The notes beneath the pieces are model-generated. The model was given only the letters and a program-made list of their open reading frames with translations, was not told the DNA's origin and did no database searches. A stretch of 64,000 bases of DNA from Eledone cirrhosa (taxonomy: Eukaryota): assembly GCA_964016885.1 (NCBI GenBank), contig OZ024743.1, positions 115,444,001 to 115,508,000 of the forward strand, given 5' to 3'. The translations under genes and the position numbers were made by a program. This document shows, piece after piece, positions 56,765 to 64,000 of this stretch; the stretch's first letter is position 1; each line of letters starts with the position of its first letter.

Positions 56765-56768
<4 letters not shown>
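56565..56768 (+). pseudogene. Hydra-like PLE RT fragment, right part (continuation of 43950-44437)
   Basis: NNNN-KQFNMNGKSNKRTRTINFNWYSPPFSLGVKTYVANLFFKALDKCFPNSHRY matches NKRPSYKNIIWYNAPFS...LFFSALNKCFPPSHIY of ORF 19850. Confidence 0.8.
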
Positions 56769-56821
<53 letters not shown>

Positions 56822-56824
<3 letters not shown>

Positions 56825-59800
56825 CTCCGCCGTAGCCGGTCCCAAGCCCGGTTGAGAAAGGAGGTTTGGGGCGTGGGGTTAGCAGCCCTACCCCCGTAAA
56901 AAATTTTCACCGCTACAGAAACGACGAGAAAAAAACATTTTGATACCCATCGGCGGAAAAGAGAAGACACGTCATCCCTGGATGCGCCTATGATGGGGCC
57001 GGGTCAAAGCCGAAAGGAGGCCTGACCGCGGATAAGTCCTATCTTCAACGCCAAAATCAAACACAAGAGTAGGCACCTGGAATGTCCGCACGCTCTTTCG
57101 GGACGGGCGGATGGAGCAGGTGCTGAAGGAGATGAGAGAATATCGCCTTGACATCATGGGCATCATCGAGACGAGGTGGACAGGACGGGGACGACTCGAC
57201 AGCTGAGACATGACTATTCTCTACTCCGGTGATGATGACCACCATGTCCACGGTGCTGCTATCATCCTCACCGGAGATGTATCACGGGCTCTTGTGGGAT
57301 GGAGGCCAGTGAGGGAACGAATTATTACTGCCAGATTGAGCACAAGGTTAGCCAAGGTGACCGTAGTGCAAGTCTACGCCCCGACTGAAGCTGCTTAAGA
57401 TGAAGATAAGGATACCTTCTTTATCCAAATACAGGATGTCCTAGAGGAAACACCCAGGTCAGACATTAGGCTGGTGATTGGTGACTTCAATGCCAAGCTA
57501 AATGGAGACAGGAGAGAAATGCATTCAGCCATTGGCCCCCACGGTTTAGCTGATTCTAGCAATAACAACGGGGAACGGTTGCTGTCCCTGAGCAGTATCA
57601 GCAAGCTCTCCATCGGGAATACATTCTTCACCCATAGGCGGATTCACAAGATGACATGGACTTCGCCTGATGGCAACACCAGGAATGAGATTGATTATAT
57701 CTGCATTGGTGCGAGGTGGCGTTCCTCTCTCTTGAATGTTCGCACCTACCGAGGAGCGGACGTCGGATATGATCATCATCTTGTGGTTGGAAAAATCTGC
57801 TTGAGGTTGAAGAAGAACAAAGCATATAAGATCGTGACAACATTTGCTGTCGCAAGCCTGCAAGCCCAAGGCACGTCAGAGGGATTCTACCTGGAGATCA
57901 GGAATAAGTTCCAAGAACTACAGAATGCACAGAACGGTGAAGACCAGTGGCAGATATTTGTTCAGGCGATCAGGGCGAGTGCTGATGTAGTTATTGGTAG
58001 AAGAAGGGGGACCAACCCGGAACAGTGGATCAGCAGTACTTTATAGGAATCTCATTGACGAGAGGAAGGATGTTAAGAACAAAAGAGATCAAACCAAAAT
58101 TTGACAGCAATGGAAGGAAGTGGACAAGGAGTACACACGTCTTGACAAGGAAGTAAAGAAGAGCTGTCGAAAAGACAAGCGCCAGTGGTTAGAAGATCGG
58201 GCTGCAGAAGCACAGGTGGCAGCAGATCGAAATGATTCCAAGACGCTGTACCGGATCGTCAGAGAGCTGACTGGAGGACGAAGTGGAAGCAGTTTGCCAA
58301 TCAAGAACAAAGATGGTCGGATGCTTGCAGCCAGTGAAGAGCAGGCCCAGAAGTGGAACGAACACTTTCGTGAGGTCCTCAATCAGCCATCCACCAACAC
58401 AGTCTTCGAGTTTGACTGGGAGGAAGAGAGCTACCGGCTGGATGTACGACTAGACGACATCACAAGAGCTGAGGTGGCCAATGCCGTCCGCTGCCTAACG
58501 AATAACAAAGCGGCAGTGCTGGATAAGATTCCTGCAGAGCTTCTGAAGCACGGCAAGGATGTAATAGAGGGGCAGCTCACCCATTTATGCAATGTGATTT
58601 GGCAAGAAGAGGAGATGCCGCAGGACTGAAGAAATGGAGTGATTGTACCACTACCGAAGAAGGGCTGTCTCAGCGACTGCAACAACTGGAGAGGGATCAC
58701 GTTGCTATCAGTGCCAGGGAAGGTATTCTGCACAGTCATCCTGAACCGGCTGAGAGCAGAAGTAGATCATCATCTTCGAGACGAACAGGTTGGCTTCCGC
58801 AGTGGAAGGTCTTGTTCAGAGCAGATCTTCACTCTCCGAAATTTCATTGAACAATGTCGGGAGTTCCACAAGACCCCTGTTGTCAACTACATTGACTTCA
58901 GGAAATCTTTCGACAGTGTTCATCGGGAGTCATTGTGGAAGATGGTAAGACTGTACGGTGTCCCAGAGAAATATATTAACATCTTCAGGTCGCTGTACCG
59001 ACATTCCAGGTGCTGCGTTGGGACAAAGGACAGAAACACGGAAATGTTTGACATCTTGACGGGTGTTCGACAAGGCTGCATCCTTTCGCCTTTCCTTTTC
59101 CTCATTGTCATCGATTTCATCATGAAGAAGACAATGAGTGACCCTCGTTTTGGCATCAGTTGGGATGGAAGGAGTTTAAGCGACCTAAACTTTGCCGATG
59201 ACATCACAGTGATAGGCCATTCTCGAGAAGACCTGCAAGAGATGACAAACGTTCTAAATGACAATGTAGAGAAAGTTGGCCTGCGCATCAGTTGTGAAAA
59301 AACCAAGACCATGTCGACAGGTGACCCTCCAAATCCTCCCATCATGGTTGGTCAGCGTAACATTGAATGTGTAAACCACTTCCAATACCCTGGCAGCAAC
59401 ATCTCTGACGATGGGGTTCCATCGGCAACGCTGTCAAATTCCGTGTTTACATGTCCATTGTAGTACCAACAGCGATATATGCCTGTGAGACATGGAAGAG
59501 TACGGAAAGTGTATGTAACAAGGTTGGTGTATTACACCGTCGTTGCATTCGGACCATATTGAACATTTCATGGAGAGAACAAGTTAGCAACGAGGAAGTG
59601 ATGAGGAGGTGAGGATTGGAGAGGTTAAGGGACATTGTGCGGAAAAGGAGACGGCGGTTTGCGAGCCACATCCTTCGTTTGCCGGCATATCGACCTGCTC
59701 ATATTGCCATGGATTGGGTACCAGAGGGTGGCAGAAGAGAACGGGGAAGACCACGAAAAACATGGCGGAGCACATTCAGGGAGAACCTGCAGGAGAGGTG

Positions 59801-59885
59801 CTAGAAGGGCCGCCAGTGACAGGATCAAGTGGATGAAGCTCGTCGCCCAATGTTTCACACGGGACTGGAGGAACTAAGACTAAGA

Positions 59886-59889
<4 letters not shown>
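56822..59889 (+). mobile_element. Near full-length RTE-clade LINE (APE-RT, multiple stops) inserted in (TA)n
   Basis: VGTWNVRTL, QVYAPT, IGDFNAK, NEIDYI, NWRGITLL, GFRSGRSC, GVRQGCILSP, FADD; 3' (ctaaga)n tail. Confidence 0.93.
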
Positions 59890-59967
<78 letters not shown>

Positions 59968-59972
<5 letters not shown>

Positions 59973-60799
59973 AGGTAATGAATTCTTTTACAATGGAATC
60001 AGCTCGAATGAGGAAAAATATATCCCCTGAGCAGTTTATAAATTAATATGTATGTGATGAAACACAGATACCAACACATCTGTATATATATTGCGAAAGA
60101 AAAATTTAGCCAGAATTTAGCCTTTTGCCAATACAGTTCGTCTCCGTTGATTTATTATTTTAAACCGATATGGACAAACTGTAGTATAATAATTAGTATA
60201 CTTCAATCTGGCTAAATTTTTCTTTCGCAATATATATACAGATGTGTTGGTATCTGTGTTTTATCACATACATATTAATTTATAAACTGCTCAGGGGATA
60301 TATTTTTCCTCATTCGAGCTGATTCCATTGTAAAAGAATTCATTACCTTATTAATTTTAATCTGCTCCTAGTTTGAGCTGCAAAGCCGCTTCATATACAC
60401 GACTGTTATTTCTAGCAGTACGGTTATGAGACTAGTTAGATACTGTAAAGCTATGTGCGCCACGCAGTCTTTTAAATTATTTAGAAGTGAAGCATATCTA
60501 TTTGTCTCTGGATGTTTACTGAGGAGAGCGGGACATGATATTCCTACACTTATTTAACTCGAAACATATTTGGATCTTAAAGTCTAAACTTATCTACGGA
60601 ACAGGTTTGATTTTGAAATTTAAATGTGTCTAAACATCACGGCCTTTTGCCAATACAGTTCGTCTCCGTTGATTTATTATTTTAAACCGATATGGACAAA
60701 CTGTAGTATAATAATTAGTATACTTCAATCTGGCTAAATTTTTCTTTCGCAATATATATACAGATGTGTTGGTATCTGTGTTTCATCACATACATATTA

Positions 60800-60805
<6 letters not shown>
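59968..60805 (+). mobile_element. Retrozyme-like element (family E): 522-nt unit x1.3 with an inverted 5' arm, in (TA)n
   Basis: ccttttgccaatacagttcg occurs at 60121 and 60643 (period 522). 59968-60114 is the reverse complement of 60207-60353. Confidence 0.88.
60511..60638 (+). ncRNA. Type I hammerhead ribozyme with long stem III and GUC site
   Basis: gatgttta-CTGAGGA-gag...ctc-GAAA-catattt...aaatgtg-TC-taaacatc; perfect 8-bp stem I. Confidence 0.9.
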
Positions 60806-60849
<44 letters not shown>

Positions 60850-61924
60850 CTGTATTTGGACAGGCCGTCACGCATGAATTGCATCTATACCAGAGCACCA
60901 TAATTTACCAATTTACCATCTTGACCAACCGATGACAGTAAACGTTGCTGAATTCTAGGTCGCCATCCTACTGGGATTTGACCAGACATAATTTAGCTTG
61001 ATAAAATCGACGATAACACATTTCTTCAAACAAAGTCTGTGGCAGCCTAAAATAACGAATCAGGTGATTAACAATTCAAGAACATTTGGACGTATATCTA
61101 CATGTGAGAACACATATCTGAGAAGCTCCCGATTCCAGAATCAGGAACGAACACACTTCGATTGTTCCTCGAGGTGTTCAGCAGTGAACATATGTTATAT
61201 GTAATTAAAGATGTATATGATGCAATAGGGATTCTTTGTTCCCATTTAATATATATATATATATAGTTAGGGAAGCAGAAAATTGCCTATTGTGATCCAG
61301 TTCGAGGTTAAGAAAGCCAGTTTCATGGACGGTTTCAACGTACGTTTAGGGGTAACTCCACAAGTTTGTAAGAATTCCATTCAATCTTGGAGTATAAAGT
61401 ATAAAAGAGAAAACACAGGTAAGCATTAAGAGAAGGATTCTATCCAGGTATTTACCACCGTTTCATTGGTAAGTGCAACCTTATATTGCTATACTGCAAA
61501 TAGCAGCCACTCAATGATAATTGTTGTTCACGTCCAAATTTTCAAAATAGTGAATAAGTTACTCTTGAAATAGCTCTTAATATATAGAGAAACACATTTA
61601 TTTGGAATTGTATTTACTAGTATAGAGAGAGAGGAAGAGGAATTAGAAAGTGAGGGGACACACGGAATAGTATAGAGAGAGAGGAAGGGGGAGAAGAGTT
61701 AGGAAGTAGAGTGACAAACTGAGATGGATGAGGGGTAGAGGTGGAAGGATTATTTGATTAGTTTTGATATGTAGACTTCATGCCTGTGATTGTAGTGAGT
61801 TAAAGAGAATTAAATTTATCATAGTTGGAGGGATGGATATATATATAAATTTATATATATATAAGTAACAGATTAAAGTTTAAGTGTCTTGTAGTGTGCT
61901 TGAAACATTGTAGAATAATAAAAG

Positions 61925-62097
61925 TAGTCCCTAGATTTCGGATATCACATCCGTCAGCGCGGGGTTTTCCGAGAGGAAAACAGTTGTACGCACACGATAA
62001 ACAGCGAAGACCATTTGTTGTCCTTCTCCGAGACAAATTGTTTCCCTTCAGAAAACTCCCAATTGATGGATGTGAAATCCCAAATATAGGGACTATT
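61925..62097. repeat. Diverged ~60-bp inverted repeat in a (TA)n-bounded segment
   Basis: tagtccctagatttcggatatcacatccgtca...aaacagttg versus aaattgtttc...tgatggatgtgaaatcccaaatatagggacta. Confidence 0.7.
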
Positions 62098-62269
62098 AAA
62101 TGGCTTCCAATGTAAATATATCACGTGCTATTATTTTGTACCCTTTTCCTATGTTCTTTACGCTTTCTACGTCTCTTTCTACGCTTCCTCTTACATCTCT
62201 CTCTCATTACCACCTGATTGTCTTACCAGGAGATTTACTCATCTGCATTGTTGAGGCTTCTAAAACGGG

Positions 62270-62303
<34 letters not shown>

Positions 62304-62485
62304 AACATCATTTGCGAAGCTTTAGTATGCTCAGACGGAGAAGATAATTTTGAGTACAGACAGGTGCCTATACAATAGGAAAAAGAAGTTGCCAACAGCT
62401 CAACAGCTACTGAATTCTCTAGCCATTGAAGATATGGACATTTTACTACAATTGACTGTCTGAATTAAGGTCCTGAATCAAACAG

Positions 62486-62530
<45 letters not shown>

Positions 62531-63167
62531 TTTTATATTTGTATTAATCTCCTGAGTCTAACAATTAACCGGTTAATAATTCTCTTGACAGATTAATTGC
62601 ATAAGTTTATTTTAAAACTATTCGGTTGAATGCTTATTCGATTTGTGCTATTTATGCAATTTTTTACATGATTTACACATACTGAATTCATTTGCCGAAA
62701 TCTGGGGTTTTTCCCCTTCTGTGTTACGCATGTGCTTTTACAAACCCCTGCGTCATTCACAAAGTAGGTGCAGAGCAAAATACATGTCACCTGATAACGT
62801 GATATTCCTTGTTCGATCATTATACCAAAAGCTTATAGTTTTAAGTAGACAGTATTATTGATTTAGCTGTCATAAAAACCCTGCATTTGGATTTTACCAT
62901 CAATTCTAATGGGTCCAGGTCGATTATATATGTGTATATGTATGTATATATATATATGTTTTTATCATTTATTTTGTTTGACCTGTTTAGCTTGACTTGT
63001 TTTTTGGCTTAGGTGGTTAATGCCTTCTTGACCACTTTTTCAGTTTGGTATGCCGTTTTAACATATATGTTTAGCTTTGCTTTTTTAACTATGGAGCGCT
63101 TGCCAGCATAACTCTGATTTTGCGTTTCTTTTCGCTTCTTCTACCCGCCGAAATGCAATTCTCGCTG

Positions 63168-63208
<41 letters not shown>

Positions 63209-63298
63209 CTATTCTGCAATATAACACAATGTTAACAGTTAAATAACGTTGTATGTTGTTCACCAAGACCTTTTAACACATGTTATCACTCTATACAG

Positions 63299-63482
63299 GG
63301 CGGTGGATTGGCAGTATCGGTAGAGGGTCGGACGCCATGCTTTCCAGCATAGTTACGTCCCTTTACAATCTGAGTTCAAATCCCGCCGAGGTTGACTTTG
63401 CCTTTCATCCTTACGGGGTCGATAAAATAAAGTACCAGTTATGCACTGGGTAATTGCTGGCCTTGTGCCTAAAGTAGAAACA
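63299..63482 (+). mobile_element. Young tRNA-SINE (family 2) with 17-bp TSD
   Basis: A-box tggcagtatcgg and B-box gagttcaaatcc; TSD gttatcactctatacag at 63282-63298 and 63483-63499. Confidence 0.92.
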
Positions 63483-64000
63483 GTTATCACTCTATACAGT
63501 TTGGAAATGGATATTACCCATCCGTTCAACAATAGCTAAATGTAGCACTTGTTTATAGTTTGTTTTTAAAGCCAAGTCATCTGATATTACATAGTTCGAA
63601 CTACATTCATAGAATGAATGCCAATTTTGAAATTATTTTACATTCGTTTCTTTTCTTGCCATTTATTAATATTTTCCCCATTTAATTCTCTATTGTTCGG
63701 GATTGTTTTTTCTCAAACATTACCAAACAATGTGTGCTCATATATTGTATAATTGGGCATATTTAAATATTTCAAAATTATTGTATCTTCGCTTACTGTA
63801 TAATACATTACTTTTCTTATTGTATTTGACACTATTCTATTCATTGCATATGCACCAATATTTTGATATCTCTTTTTGTGTTGATTTCAGAAAGAAGACT
63901 AAAAGAATTGTTAAACATACATACCCACAAGCACGCACACACACACAGACAGACAAACACACACACACACACGCGCGTGCGCATATATATCAATTCATTA

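Noticed and set aside
60206-60243. atctg...gcaa-tatata-ta-cagat as a novel ribozyme core
   Set aside because: It lacks CUGANGA and GAAA, and the unit already has a canonical HHR at 60511.
60850-61620. Possible decayed retroelement or exon fragments
   Set aside because: No motif that I can assign with confidence.
63299-63390. A/B-box segments as tRNA genes
   Set aside because: No cloverleaf; they are heads of a repeated SINE.

Overview
AT-rich, microsatellite-dense animal genomic DNA; the (TA)n/(CA)n/(TAA)n density and SINE types suggest an octopus-like cephalopod, which is inference. No host gene can be supported. The window is almost entirely nested retroelements. (i) LINEs: one R4/Dong-type RLE element with an uninterrupted 1216-aa ORF plus decayed relatives, three to four Tx1/L1-type copies, and three RTE-type copies. 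(ii) Penelope-like element (PLE) remnants with C-terminal GIY-YIG domains, of Neptune-like and Hydra-like types. (iii) tRNA-derived SINEs and two hAT-like non-autonomous DNA elements. (iv) The main signal, invisible in the ORF track, is about 13 type I hammerhead ribozyme (HHR) motifs from several unrelated short non-coding families. These include two retrozyme-like tandem units of 312 and 522 nt. They sit in (TA)n tracts as fold-back inserts with both 3' ends facing outward and family-specific fixed outer breakpoints; in one family the inversion point lies inside the ribozyme's stem II. A (TAA)n poly-Asn tract inside one PLE ORF has collected about 12 kb of TAA-associated LINEs. Most short ORFs in the track are microsatellite or antisense artefacts. 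All HHR folds were paired by eye and none is tested.
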